This document shows, in pieces, positions 21,559-31,545 of a DNA stretch of 64,000 bases. The stretch is taken from assembly GCA_050874705.1 (NCBI GenBank), contig JBNMLE010000001.1, forward strand, positions 4,046 through 68,045, in the 5' to 3' direction. Each line of letters begins with the position of its first letter. The first letter of the stretch is position 1. Position numbers and translations under genes: made by a program. A model generated the notes under the pieces. That model saw only the letters and a program-made list of their open reading frames with translations, was not told where the DNA came from and searched no databases. Source of the DNA: Bacilli bacterium. Its GTDB lineage: Bacteria; Bacillota_I; Bacilli_A; RFN20; CAG-826.

Positions 21559-22677
21559 TTAGATAATATCATCTAAAGATGTTATAAAATCCGCTAATAA
21601 AGTGGCGTTATTTTTATGAGCGGACAATCCAGGATGTCCATCAGCTCCTTTATTATCAGTATCAAAAGCGTAATAATATGCACAAGATCCATATTTTTCA
21701 TTAATAGCATTAATTGACTCAAGAATTCCATCAATTAAATCTTTAGATATACTTATCATCATATTTGATACGCATACGAATTTTACTTCTTTGTATGCGT
21801 CTTTTAATTTTTCCATTAATTCTAAGTAATTATTTTTAAATAACTCTAATTTTGCTGGCTTTTCTTTACTTGATGAAGAATTATATGCAGTATTATCGTT
21901 CGTACCAATATTTATCACTACATATTCAGGAATATAGTTATTAAAATCCCATTTATTAACGCCATCAGAAGTATCATGAATTGTTAATAAATTATAATCA
22001 CTATTAAATGGTGACAAAGCCATTGCTAAACCACTATAAGAAATGGTGTTGCAGTCAAAGTCAAGCTCTTCAGCGCATAACTGTCCATATGCTTGCATCC
22101 CGTCTTCTGTATCCATTGCAAATGATTCTTTATTTGATGAAGCTAAGTTTCCATAACCACAAGAAATAGAATCACCATATATTTCCATTTTTCTTTTTGT
22201 GCTTTTATCAATATTGATAATTTCTACATTTTCATATTCATAGTCAACAAGACCAATTTTAGAAAACTGTACTTCATTTAATTTATTAATACGAATTATG
22301 TGTTCACCAATAGAAAGACCGCTAATATTAATAGTTTCGTATTTGTTTGTTAATTTAATTTTATTGCTTAAAACATTATCTACATAAAGATTAACAAATT
22401 GATAATCTTGATTGGAAAGCTTATTTAACAAATTGATACTAAATTTATAATCACTATTTTTTACATTAATTTTAATTTCGAAACCCGAGCAAGAATATGC
22501 AAAAGTAATGATTTCTTTGCCATCGACAATTTCTTTTTGATATCTACCAAGGTAATTAATAAGATTCACTTCATTTTCTCCCCCACTTATACTTGTTGTT
22601 TCACTATTGCTACCACACGAAGAAATAAAGGGCAATGTGCATAATAATATAAAAAATTTTTTAAAATTTGTTTTCAT
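21559..22677 (-). CDS. Lipoprotein with SGNH/GDSL hydrolase domain (CE2-like esterase architecture)
   Basis: Signal peptide plus lipobox (FISSC). N-terminal beta-sandwich region, then GDSISCG (block I) and DGHPGLSAH (DxxH block V). Confidence 0.7.
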   Translation of the reverse strand: MKTNFKKFFILLCTLPFISSCGSNSETTSISGGENEVNLINYLGRYQKEIVDGKEIITFAYSCSGFEIKINVKNSDYKFSINLLNKLSNQDYQFVNLYVDNVLSNKIKLTNKYETINISGLSIGEHIIRINKLNEVQFSKIGLVDYEYENVEIINIDKSTKRKMEIYGDSISCGYGNLASSNKESFAMDTEDGMQAYGQLCAEELDFDCNTISYSGLAMALSPFNSDYNLLTIHDTSDGVNKWDFNNYIPEYVVINIGTNDNTAYNSSSSKEKPAKLELFKNNYLELMEKLKDAYKEVKFVCVSNMMISISKDLIDGILESINAINEKYGSCAYYYAFDTDNKGADGHPGLSAHKNNATLLADFITSLDDII

Positions 22678-22914
22678 ACAAAAATTGTATATTAAATCAA
22701 TTTATAAAACTCATTTTTATTTAATCAATCATTCGAAATGAAAATATCAATCATGATTGTTCATAAAAAGAGACATTCACATTTCAACTTTACTAGCTAC
22801 GAACTCTATTTGAATATTTTTATTATATTTGAGTTACTATATTTTATTTTTTCTAAATCAATTAAAACATTTCAATGGTACTTGCGTTTAGAAAATAATA
22901 CCTATTGCTTTTAA

Positions 22915-23931
22915 TTATTCGTTATCTTTTACTTCAAAGTCTTTAACAAATTGATAGACATCGTTAGGATATTCGGTTTTATTTACTATTTCGATGCGAT
23001 ATCTTCCACTTTCTTTTGTAACATCTTTAAGAACGACTTCTTTCAAAGTTCCGTTATTCTCATATTTGAAATATTTAACTTCAAATTCAGTTCCTGATGG
23101 AGCACCAGTATTTTCAAGATTTGGATCCGGAAGAGAATCTCCTTTATAAATTATTCCATCATAAATAGAAGCATTTTCAATTTTGATGGTATTTATTCTT
23201 TTTGTAATATTACAGGCGACTTTTGAAAGAGGAACATCATAGTTTGGATTATCCCATTTAAGAGACACAATTGATTTTTGGCCAACATTTTCATCATTTA
23301 AACGAATGTTAATTGAAACATTGTCCCCTTCTAAAACACCATTAGTGTCATCAAGTGTTACTATAATGTGATTATTACCATCAAATTCTTTAACAAAATT
23401 TAAATTAGTTAATTCAATTGGCTTAATTTCAAAATTCTTTTTAGCGAAAGTTGTTTTGTATAATGAGTCTCCTTCAACGACAACCTTAACAGTATATTCG
23501 CCTGCTTTAATTGGTTCTTCTAATGTATATTTATCATTATCTTCATCTGCCTTCTTGTAAGAAACTATTGGTGTTCCATATTCAACAGAAAAATCTTTTC
23601 CTAATATAAGCCCTTGTGCTTTTTGGTTATATGTTCTTTCAGCAATTGTAAAAGCAATTTTATTTTCTTTTCCAACTCTCACATAACCACAAATATTGCA
23701 GTCGGAATCACTATCTCCATCATATATGTGAGCTTCTTTTTCACTAATCTCTGTGCATTTATCTACTGTGCATTCTTTCCAATGAAATTCATTGTCATAA
23801 GAATATGTTTCACTAAAAGTATGAGTGTGAACATCACTTTTTGAAACTTGATTATTACACGATGAAAGAATACTTATTAAAGGCGTTGTGCATAAAAGCA
23901 AAAACTTAGAAATACTAAAATTTCTTTTCAT
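22915..23931 (-). CDS. Lipoprotein, hypothetical
   Basis: Signal peptide plus lipobox (LSSC). Cys/His-rich segment HTHTF...HWKECTVDKCTE...DCNICGY. Confidence 0.5.
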   Translation of the reverse strand: MKRNFSISKFLLLCTTPLISILSSCNNQVSKSDVHTHTFSETYSYDNEFHWKECTVDKCTEISEKEAHIYDGDSDSDCNICGYVRVGKENKIAFTIAERTYNQKAQGLILGKDFSVEYGTPIVSYKKADEDNDKYTLEEPIKAGEYTVKVVVEGDSLYKTTFAKKNFEIKPIELTNLNFVKEFDGNNHIIVTLDDTNGVLEGDNVSINIRLNDENVGQKSIVSLKWDNPNYDVPLSKVACNITKRINTIKIENASIYDGIIYKGDSLPDPNLENTGAPSGTEFEVKYFKYENNGTLKEVVLKDVTKESGRYRIEIVNKTEYPNDVYQFVKDFEVKDNE

Positions 23932-24035
23932 TGTAATTCTCCTTTTTTATACACTTTTATTATAACTGAAAATAAATGGATTAACTATTTTTTAAAGTCT
24001 TTTTTTAAATACTTAAAAGAAGTATAATAATTTTC

Positions 24036-24869
24036 ATGAAAAAATATTTATTTATACCTTTGGTATTATTGTCTTTATTAACGAGCTGCACTGATAGTGA
24101 AAATACTAATAATAGTGGCACTACCATATCTACAACTGATTCATCATCGATAAGCGAAAATACACTAACATCTACTACTACCACAAGTAGTTCATCGTCG
24201 ACTAGTTTATCATCTACAACTACAAGTACATCGACATCAACTTCATCTTCAACTCAAAGAGATGATGATTGGTTTACAGGAAGAACTCTTTTAGAATGCG
24301 GATATTACGCAATGGATCTTCCTAAAAATTATGAAAATCCTCTTACATTAAAAACAACATTATCCGCTGATAATGATTCATGGTATAACAATGATTTCAC
24401 TTCTGAATTATCATCAAACTGGAGATATATTTATAAAAATGCTTGTGATGATGGTCCTACAAATCATAAAACATCACCTAATTTTTATAGCGATGAACTT
24501 GGTGGAATAAAAATTGCTAATGAAGGTGTTGGCCTACAAAGTCCAATGTTTGTTCACGAAGGACAAAAATTAGAAATTAGAATTGGCATATCAAGTGTTA
24601 ATAATAATTCTAAAACACCTGAAAAAGGTAAAGATCCACTTCATGTATATTTCTTTGATAAAAATGGTAATTATTTAGATAAATATGCTTTTAAAGATGG
24701 TAGCATTAATGCTAATTCTAAAAACAAAGAACTAAAATTCTATTGGACTGAAAAAGCAACCGAAGTTGCTTATTTTGAAATACGTCTTAACGCTTTCCCT
24801 TACATAGGAAGCCAATGTTATAATTTTGGAATAAAATCCGTTAATATTAAATCTTGGGAAAGAATTTAA
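24036..24869 (+). CDS. Lipoprotein with Ser/Thr-rich linker, hypothetical
   Basis: MKKYLFIPLVLLSLLTSC lipobox. Residues 20-75 are almost pure S/T. TATAAT sits only 7 nt upstream of the ATG, so the mRNA may be leaderless. Confidence 0.55.
   Translation: MKKYLFIPLVLLSLLTSCTDSENTNNSGTTISTTDSSSISENTLTSTTTTSSSSSTSLSSTTTSTSTSTSSSTQRDDDWFTGRTLLECGYYAMDLPKNYENPLTLKTTLSADNDSWYNNDFTSELSSNWRYIYKNACDDGPTNHKTSPNFYSDELGGIKIANEGVGLQSPMFVHEGQKLEIRIGISSVNNNSKTPEKGKDPLHVYFFDKNGNYLDKYAFKDGSINANSKNKELKFYWTEKATEVAYFEIRLNAFPYIGSQCYNFGIKSVNIKSWERI
24093..24261 (+). repeat. Low-complexity Ser/Thr-coding tract inside the lipoprotein gene
   Basis: Runs of ACn/TCn/AGT codons encoding STTTTSSSSSTSLSSTTTSTSTSTSSST. Confidence 0.6.
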
Positions 24870-25399
24870 TTTTCTTTATTCTCTGATTCTTTTTTTGTTT
24901 CGCTTTCAGGTTTTTGTTCAAGAGTTTTTTTTGCTTCTATTTCTTGTTCTTTCTTTTCTTCTTCCACCGCTAAAATCAATGATTTATTTGGAAAGAAATA
25001 ATGATAAACGCCAAAGAAAGAATAAGTTAAGAAAATGTAAATAAAAGCAACAGACATGCCATATTTATACCATTGAGGAGCATTATCCCAAATAATGATA
25101 GAAATCATATTATAAATAAATAGATAAATGCCTAATGGAAGCATTAATGATTTATCAAGATAATCCACTTTTTCTTTTCTCTTTTTAGAAACACTGGCCC
25201 ATATAAAATCACCAATAATCCAAACCGAACCCGCTAAAGTGACGAAGTTAAATATTTTTGCTCTAACGTCTGATGAGTTCATTACACCAGTTAATTTAAG
25301 AATTGCTACAACCAAAAATACTAAAGCAATAGCCAAATATTCAATGCTCATAATAAGCTTCATCTTTGTTAGAGAATCCATTTGTTTTTTATTATTCAT
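24866..25399 (-). CDS. Small integral membrane protein, hypothetical
   Basis: About four transmembrane helices and a KE-rich C-terminus. Start set to ATG 25399 (MNNKKQ), with AGGTGG upstream. The ORF-track start at 25444 would overlap the upstream terminator. Confidence 0.45.
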   Translation of the reverse strand: MNNKKQMDSLTKMKLIMSIEYLAIALVFLVVAILKLTGVMNSSDVRAKIFNFVTLAGSVWIIGDFIWASVSKKRKEKVDYLDKSLMLPLGIYLFIYNMISIIIWDNAPQWYKYGMSVAFIYIFLTYSFFGVYHYFFPNKSLILAVEEEKKEQEIEAKKTLEQKPESETKKESENKEN

Positions 25400-25426
25400 G
25401 TTTTTAATAATACCACCTATTATCAA

Positions 25427-25458
25427 ACAAAAAAAGTGGCACATTTTAATGCGCCACT
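25427..25458 (-). terminator. Rho-independent terminator after preA
   Basis: Minus strand: AGUGGCGCAUUAAAAUGUGCCACU followed by UUUUUUUGUUUG. Confidence 0.55.
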
Positions 25459-25464
25459 CATATT

Positions 25465-26709
25465 TTATAACTTAATATCTACTGTTTTGGTTTTACGACC
25501 AGGTTTAATGCTTATCTTTCCTTGACTTATTGCATTAACAGGGCAAACATGTCCGCACAACAAACATCCAACGCATTTAGTTTCATTACATGATGGTTTT
25601 CTTTCTTCTTCATTCCATTCAATGGCTTGATGTCCGCCATCATAGCAAGAAATATAACAACGTCCACATTTTACGCATTTATCGTAATCGAATTTTGGTC
25701 TAACAATATAATCTCGGTTTAGATTTTCAGCAGGAATAATATTTTTATTTGCAAGGCCTACTAAATTTTTCAAATGTTCAACACCTTGTTCTTCCATATA
25801 GTGCATTAATCCGTTCTTCATATCTTCGACAATGCGATATCCATATTGCATAATAGCGGTTGTAACTTGTAAAGTTGAGGCACCCACTAATATAAATTCA
25901 GCTGCATCTTCCCAAGTTTCGATACCACCAATACCTGATATTTGTAAATCTTTTAGACGTGGATCTTGACGCATTTGTTGTAAGAAACGAAGCGCAACTG
26001 GTTTTACAGCTTTTCCTGAATATCCTGATATTGCGGATTTTCCATCTACAATTGGAAGACCAACTTTTTTATCAAGATCAATATTACAGGATTTGATTGT
26101 GTTAATTGCGGCAATTCCGTCAGCGCCACCTTCTAAACAAGCTATCGCTACTGGCACCATATCTGTAATATTTGGAGTCATTTTAGCCATCATTGGAAGT
26201 TTGCTTCCATGTTTAACTGCTTGGCAATATTTTTTACATAATTCCGCGTTAGTTCCAACATCGCTTCCCATCGCATGAGAAGTCATTTGAGGACATGATA
26301 AATTCATTTCAATCATATCCGCTCCAGCTTCTTCCACCATTCTTGCGAGATCGGTCCATGTTTGTTCGTCATTGCCCATAATTGAAGCAATTAAAACTTT
26401 ATTTGGAAATTCTTCTTTAAGTTTTCTTAAATCGCGAAGATTTTCTTCTAAACTATGCTCTGCGATTTGCTCCATATTTTTAAAGCCGACAAATGGTGTG
26501 TTTTCTTTATTTAATTTGTCAAATCTAGGAGAAACCTCATCAATAAAGTATGATTTAGGTCCTATTGTTTTAAAGACAACACCGCCCCAACCTGTTTCAT
26601 ATGCTTTTTTACACATATCATAGCAGTTACCAACAGGTGAAGAAGAAAGACAAAATGGGTTTTCGAAATGAACACCAAGGAAATCTATAGATAAATCTTT
26701 TTTAACCAT
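25465..26709 (-). CDS. preA: NAD-dependent dihydropyrimidine dehydrogenase subunit PreA (DHOD-like FMN domain plus 2x[4Fe-4S])
   Basis: DHOD/DHPD TIM-barrel N-terminus. C-terminal [11 protein letters not shown] and [12 protein letters not shown] ferredoxin motifs. Directly downstream of preT. Confidence 0.85.
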   Translation of the reverse strand: MVKKDLSIDFLGVHFENPFCLSSSPVGNCYDMCKKAYETGWGGVVFKTIGPKSYFIDEVSPRFDKLNKENTPFVGFKNMEQIAEHSLEENLRDLRKLKEEFPNKVLIASIMGNDEQTWTDLARMVEEAGADMIEMNLSCPQMTSHAMGSDVGTNAELCKKYCQAVKHGSKLPMMAKMTPNITDMVPVAIACLEGGADGIAAINTIKSCNIDLDKKVGLPIVDGKSAISGYSGKAVKPVALRFLQQMRQDPRLKDLQISGIGGIETWEDAAEFILVGASTLQVTTAIMQYGYRIVEDMKNGLMHYMEEQGVEHLKNLVGLANKNIIPAENLNRDYIVRPKFDYDKCVKCGRCYISCYDGGHQAIEWNEEERKPSCNETKCVGCLLCGHVCPVNAISQGKISIKPGRKTKTVDIKL

Positions 26710-26710
26710 T

Positions 26711-27943
26711 TTATTTACCTCCTAAAATCATATCAACATATAAAGCAACTTCTTTGCCGGTTCTAACTCCACCAACGACTGTTTTATCAAATCTTGAATG
26801 AGCAATATCACCACAGACAAATACTTTAGGGTCATTTGTAAAATAATTTCTTCCTGTATTAACTTCGTTTTTGACTAGTTCAATGCCTAAACCATTTACA
26901 TCAGGATATTGACCAACAGCAAGAATAATTTTATCTGCTTTAATTCTTAATTCGGATTTAATTTCTCGATGAGCAAATGTGACGACATTATCTTCAATAG
27001 AAATTGGCATATAGCCATCGATGATTGTAACACCCATTTTTTGAGCGCCTTCAAGTTCTTTTTTGCTCGCTTTAAATTCATCGAATTTTTCATAAACAAC
27101 ATCGGTAACATGATTAACATTTAAGAGTTTTAAAGTTGTTACAACATCCATTGCGACATCTCCACCGCCGATAACAAGAACATTATCCTCAACTTTTACA
27201 TCGCCTTTTTTAGATTTAACTTCTCTTAAAAAATCAACCGCAGTCGAAGCAATATTAGAATCTTTAAACATCGGTAACATTTTTCCATAGGAATAACCAA
27301 CAGCAACAACAACTGCATCATATTTATTTTTTAATTCTTCCATAGAAATGTCTTTGCCAACTTCTTTATTTAAAAAGTAATTAACACCAAGTTTTTCAAT
27401 TCTTTCAATTTCTTTATCAACAATATGATCAGGGAGTCTATATTCAGGAATAAGACGTAGCATACCACCAAGCACATTTTCCTTCTCATATACATCAACT
27501 TTATAGCCTAGTTTTCTAAAAGACACAGCTGCTTGTAAACTAGCTGGGCCACTTCCAACAAGCACAACAGCTTTTCCATTATCTTTTCCGGATTCAAGAA
27601 TTTCCATTTTTAACGATTCTTCATAATCTGTGACAAATCTTTGAATACGGCCAATATCAATTGGGCGATCTATTCCACTTCTTGAACAACCTTTTTGACA
27701 ATATTTTTCAGTTGGGCATACACGCGCACATATCGCTCCAAGAGCATTATTTTCACGAATCGTTTCAGCAGCGCCTTTAAAATTTCTAAATCTTACTGAA
27801 CGAATAAATTTATCCGGACAAGTTCCGGCAGGACAAGCTTTTGAACAAGGCGCATCTAAACATAATAAACATCTAGAAGCTTCTTCACACACTGTTAGAG
27901 GTGAAAAACCTAATTCAAAATCTTTGCAGTATTTTGAATTCAT
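26711..27943 (-). CDS. preT: NAD-dependent dihydropyrimidine dehydrogenase subunit PreT (GltD-like)
   Basis: N-terminal Fe-S Cys cluster ([19 protein letters not shown]). GSGPASL dinucleotide fold and a second Rossmann fold ([10 protein letters not shown]). Confidence 0.85.
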   Translation of the reverse strand: MNSKYCKDFELGFSPLTVCEEASRCLLCLDAPCSKACPAGTCPDKFIRSVRFRNFKGAAETIRENNALGAICARVCPTEKYCQKGCSRSGIDRPIDIGRIQRFVTDYEESLKMEILESGKDNGKAVVLVGSGPASLQAAVSFRKLGYKVDVYEKENVLGGMLRLIPEYRLPDHIVDKEIERIEKLGVNYFLNKEVGKDISMEELKNKYDAVVVAVGYSYGKMLPMFKDSNIASTAVDFLREVKSKKGDVKVEDNVLVIGGGDVAMDVVTTLKLLNVNHVTDVVYEKFDEFKASKKELEGAQKMGVTIIDGYMPISIEDNVVTFAHREIKSELRIKADKIILAVGQYPDVNGLGIELVKNEVNTGRNYFTNDPKVFVCGDIAHSRFDKTVVGGVRTGKEVALYVDMILGGK

Positions 27944-27971
27944 AAAATATTCCTTTCATTTATACATATTA

Positions 27972-27980
27972 ATTATAACA
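27972..27980 (-). promoter_or_regulatory. Extended -10 (TGtTATAAT) candidate promoter for preTA
   Basis: Minus strand: TTTTTGTTATAAT, 29 nt upstream of the preT ATG. Confidence 0.35.
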
Positions 27981-28175
27981 AAAAGAACTTATTCATTGTG
28001 ATAAATTTGTTTTAAAATTGGTGAGCATCTTTCATTATTGCTAATAACAATTTGTTCTAAACAGCAGCTAGTTTCATTTATGGAATTAAAAAGAAACGAT
28101 AAGAATCTACATATGTTAAAATTTGTAAATTAAAAATAATTGTTTTGCAATTCATAAATAATCATAATAAATAAC

Positions 28176-29519
28176 TTACCTCTGTAAAGTAATTGCTTTT
28201 GACCAACAATAACCAGTTCTTGTTGTTTGAGCGTCAAATTTATCTGAAAAACCAAAACCCAAATATTCTTGAAATGTTGCGTAATGGTCATCAGTATAAA
28301 CAGCGTAAATGTCGTTTTCATAGCCTTCTTGATTTATTCCGGCGTAAAAGAAAACAACACGACCTGTCCCTCTACTTCTACCATAACTATCATCGCCTTT
28401 TAAAGCGATATCTAGTTCATAATAACCAAGCTCATTAAATAATGGTGCATCAACGATTCCAGGCACAGCATTAACATAACCATCTGTCCTTGTATATCGT
28501 TTAGAAATGCGTCTTCCATATTTTCCAAAATAAGAAGGGATGCTTGTTCCATAATTAGGTGGATATTCACCAAATGCAATTCTATAAGAAATTACATCAA
28601 ATGGATCAACAATACTTGCTTCTTCGACACTATATTTACCGCTAATTACATCGTCTTGTTCATAATAAGTTAATGTCTTTGATGATAAAACGGTATATTT
28701 TCCATTAGTTTCTTTAATTTCAGTTGGAATCTCTATTGATGATTCACCGCTTACTAGTTCTTCTTCATAAACAATTGGAGAAATGCGGTAATTATTGTCA
28801 TTAATTCCAACCTTTTCTATTGGTCTACTTTCTTCTTTTTTATAGAAAATATTAATTGATTCTATTGTTAAATTCTCATTAACCGCTTCAACGCGGAAAT
28901 AATTAGCAAAATTAAGTTCTAATGAAATAGTTTCAAATGAGTTTACACAAGGTTTTGAATAGGAATTTATTAATGGATAATTTCTACCATAAAATACTTT
29001 TATTCCATCTTCACTACTTGTGGTATCAGTTTTATAAGATATATCTATATGATGAATATTAGTAATTGAATCGTAATTTAAGAAGCTTCCGCTAATAGTG
29101 CCATCTTCTTTTGATTTAATATATGGAAGTAATTCTATAAATCCATCATAAGAATTAACCGCTAAATAGTAGGAAAAGCGATAATTATCAACTGTTTTAT
29201 ATTGCCCAGTATATTCATTGCCGCTATTGCCTGTATCATAATAACCAAAATTTGTATCAATGCTGCGTTGATTAATTTCTAATTCAACTAATTCATCTAA
29301 ATTAATAGATGTTGTAAATGATTCGCTTGAACTATCGTTTGATAAAGAACTATCAATGGATGTACTAGTATTTGAATTTTCACTAGTAGAAGAATCATTT
29401 GATGAAGAATCACTATCATCACGTGAAATCATCGTGCTTATGATGCTACTAGATGAGGTTTCACAACTAGCGATAGAAAAGATTAAAGGAATAATTAATA
29501 ATAAACAACGCTTTTTCAT
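28176..29519 (-). CDS. Lipoprotein with Ser/Asp-rich linker, hypothetical
   Basis: MKKRCLLLIIPLIFSIASC lipobox, then about 50 aa of S/D/T-rich low complexity, then a Tyr/Gly-rich beta-rich domain. Confidence 0.55.
   Translation of the reverse strand: MKKRCLLLIIPLIFSIASCETSSSSIISTMISRDDSDSSSNDSSTSENSNTSTSIDSSLSNDSSSESFTTSINLDELVELEINQRSIDTNFGYYDTGNSGNEYTGQYKTVDNYRFSYYLAVNSYDGFIELLPYIKSKEDGTISGSFLNYDSITNIHHIDISYKTDTTSSEDGIKVFYGRNYPLINSYSKPCVNSFETISLELNFANYFRVEAVNENLTIESINIFYKKEESRPIEKVGINDNNYRISPIVYEEELVSGESSIEIPTEIKETNGKYTVLSSKTLTYYEQDDVISGKYSVEEASIVDPFDVISYRIAFGEYPPNYGTSIPSYFGKYGRRISKRYTRTDGYVNAVPGIVDAPLFNELGYYELDIALKGDDSYGRSRGTGRVVFFYAGINQEGYENDIYAVYTDDHYATFQEYLGFGFSDKFDAQTTRTGYCWSKAITLQR
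29315..29462 (-). repeat. Low-complexity Ser-rich coding tract
   Basis: Encodes SSSSIISTMISRDDSDSSSNDSSTSENSNTSTSIDSSLSNDSSSES. Confidence 0.55.
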
Positions 29520-29523
29520 ATAT

Positions 29524-30456
29524 TTAAATGCTGGTATTTCCTGTTGGCATATTAAATTTTTCTCTATTTAATTTAAATGCATCAATAAATCTTTTTGGAA
29601 TGTTTATTTCATCAATTATCTTCTTTAAACCATCATTATTAAGTGGTTTAAAGACGCTTGATGAATATGAATCAGCATTATTGTTAATAGCAATAAATAA
29701 ATGATTCTTTAAAAAACAGAAATAAATTCCACCACTGAAACATTTTTCAAGTCTTAGCATTTCTTCTTGTATTTGAGGTGTGAGAATAAAAAATGCTGCT
29801 TGATCATCCGTGGATAATGTTAAGAATTTTTTATTAAAGTCAACTGATTCAAGTTCTATCTTTTTATATTCTGCCGAGAAATTGAAATTAAATAAACCAC
29901 TCTTTTCAGTTACTTTAACAACATTTTCGAAACTTCTTACAAATGATAAGCACAAAAATCTTCCTTTAGCGTATGTGCTATAAGTAACGTGTCCTTTACT
30001 ATCTCTATGTCTATCTTGAAGTATATAATCCGCTGATTCAATAACGACATCCTCATATATCGCTTTCAAATAATCGTTTGAATTATATATATCAGGTTTA
30101 TGAAAAAATGAAGGAGTAAAGAATAATTCTTGGTCAATACCTTTATTTGGGTTATATAATCCGTTTGGATATTCATTAAGCATTAATTCTTTAACTACTT
30201 CCTTTTTAAAGAAATTAGCCCATTTTGCAGAATAAACAGCCGCAAGAATCAGTAAAACTATTCCGCTTGCGCCCATTACCACTGCAATGCCAAACATAAC
30301 TAAAACAACAATTGGTTCAATTGTTAAAGATAATGCAAACAAAGTAATGAAAAGTATAACTGCTGTTGCTAAGAGGCCTATTCCGAATCCTAAAAATAGT
30401 TTAACTTTTTTTGCTCTTTGTTTTCTTATTTGTTCGAATTCTTCAATTTTATTCAT
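29524..30456 (-). CDS. DUF3137-like membrane protein (LemA-associated)
   Basis: Two N-terminal transmembrane helices plus a cytoplasmic domain. Immediately downstream of lemA, a gene pair recurrent in Firmicutes. Confidence 0.5.
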   Translation of the reverse strand: MNKIEEFEQIRKQRAKKVKLFLGFGIGLLATAVILFITLFALSLTIEPIVVLVMFGIAVVMGASGIVLLILAAVYSAKWANFFKKEVVKELMLNEYPNGLYNPNKGIDQELFFTPSFFHKPDIYNSNDYLKAIYEDVVIESADYILQDRHRDSKGHVTYSTYAKGRFLCLSFVRSFENVVKVTEKSGLFNFNFSAEYKKIELESVDFNKKFLTLSTDDQAAFFILTPQIQEEMLRLEKCFSGGIYFCFLKNHLFIAINNNADSYSSSVFKPLNNDGLKKIIDEINIPKRFIDAFKLNREKFNMPTGNTSI

Positions 30457-31049
30457 TAAAATTCAATTTTAACGTCTTGACGTTTGCTTTCTTCAGCTTC
30501 GAAGAAATCACGTTTTGTAGCATTAATATTTTTGGCAACAATGCTATTAGGGAATGTAATAATTGTTGTGTTGTAATTACTTACATTTGAATTATAAAGT
30601 CTTCTTGAAGCTTGAAGTTGTTCTTCAACATCGAAAACTTGGTTTTGTAACATTAAGAAATTTTGATTTGCTTTTAATTCTGGATATTTTTCCATAACAA
30701 TATTGATTGAATCAAAAGCTTTGTTAAGTTCACCACTAAAAGCGGATTTTTCTTCCATTGAAGCGCCTTTTGAAGGTTGACGTATAGCAATAACCTTTTC
30801 AAGTGTTTCTGCTTCGTGTTTAGCATATCCTTTAACAACAGCGACTTCTTTTGTAAGAAGATCAAATCTTTTTGTTAAAGCAACATCGATGCCGCTTTCA
30901 GCTTCATCAACTTTAACTCCCAAACGACGGATTTTATTCATCGTTGAAATATACCAAATAACTATAATTAAAATAATAAGTAATACGGCTGCACCAGCAA
31001 TAATTCCGATAATTGCTCCTACAGGTAATAAATCATCATAAATAAACAT
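30456..31049 (-). CDS. lemA: LemA family protein
   Basis: N-terminal transmembrane helix plus coiled-coil LemA domain. Start set to ATG 31049 (MFIYDDL), with GGGAGG 8 nt upstream. Confidence 0.75.
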   Translation of the reverse strand: MFIYDDLLPVGAIIGIIAGAAVLLIILIIVIWYISTMNKIRRLGVKVDEAESGIDVALTKRFDLLTKEVAVVKGYAKHEAETLEKVIAIRQPSKGASMEEKSAFSGELNKAFDSINIVMEKYPELKANQNFLMLQNQVFDVEEQLQASRRLYNSNVSNYNTTIITFPNSIVAKNINATKRDFFEAEESKRQDVKIEF

Positions 31050-31090
31050 AATTTTTTCCTCCCAATTAAAAACTATTATATAGATAATAT

Positions 31091-31115
31091 AAACAAAAAT
31101 AAAGAGACACTCTTT
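31091..31115 (-). terminator. Weak candidate terminator after rplQ
   Basis: Minus strand: AAAGAG-UGU-CUCUUU followed by AUUUUUGUUU. The stem is AU-rich. Confidence 0.35.
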
Positions 31116-31153
31116 CAAGAATGCCTCAATATTTTATTCTAATAAATTAATAA

Positions 31154-31534
31154 TTAATCAACGTAACTAACCATTACGACTTGTGCATTATCGCCACGAC
31201 GGAATCCGGCTTTTAAAGCGCGGGTATAACCGCCATTACGTGAAGCAAAGCGTGGTCCAAGTTCGCTGAAGAGTTTGCTAACTGCTTCACCTGAACGAAG
31301 AACACTAGCGGCTTGACGACGAGCGTGCAAGTCACCACGTTTGGCAAGAGTAACTAAGTGGTCGGCTAATGATTTTAATTCTTTAACCATACCGCTTGTA
31401 ACAGTAACGCGTTCTTCCATAACTAATGTTGTGGCAAGAGTTCTTAATTTATTTTCATGTTTTGATTTGGTATAAGCGGCTTTAAAGCGAACACCGGTTT
31501 TACCATGAACATTTTTACGTCCTTGAGCTGCCAT
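31154..31534 (-). CDS. rplQ: 50S ribosomal protein L17
   Basis: KRGDLHARRQA...GGYTR conserved blocks. AAGGAG 7 nt upstream. Confidence 0.93.
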   Translation of the reverse strand: MAAQGRKNVHGKTGVRFKAAYTKSKHENKLRTLATTLVMEERVTVTSGMVKELKSLADHLVTLAKRGDLHARRQAASVLRSGEAVSKLFSELGPRFASRNGGYTRALKAGFRRGDNAQVVMVSYVD

Positions 31535-31545
31535 TTCTTATCTCC

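Noticed and set aside
24093-24261. Highly repetitive ACT/TCA/AGT tract considered as a tandem DNA repeat or CRISPR-like array.
   Set aside because: It is in-frame coding sequence for a Ser/Thr linker. There is no repeat-spacer periodicity and no cas genes.
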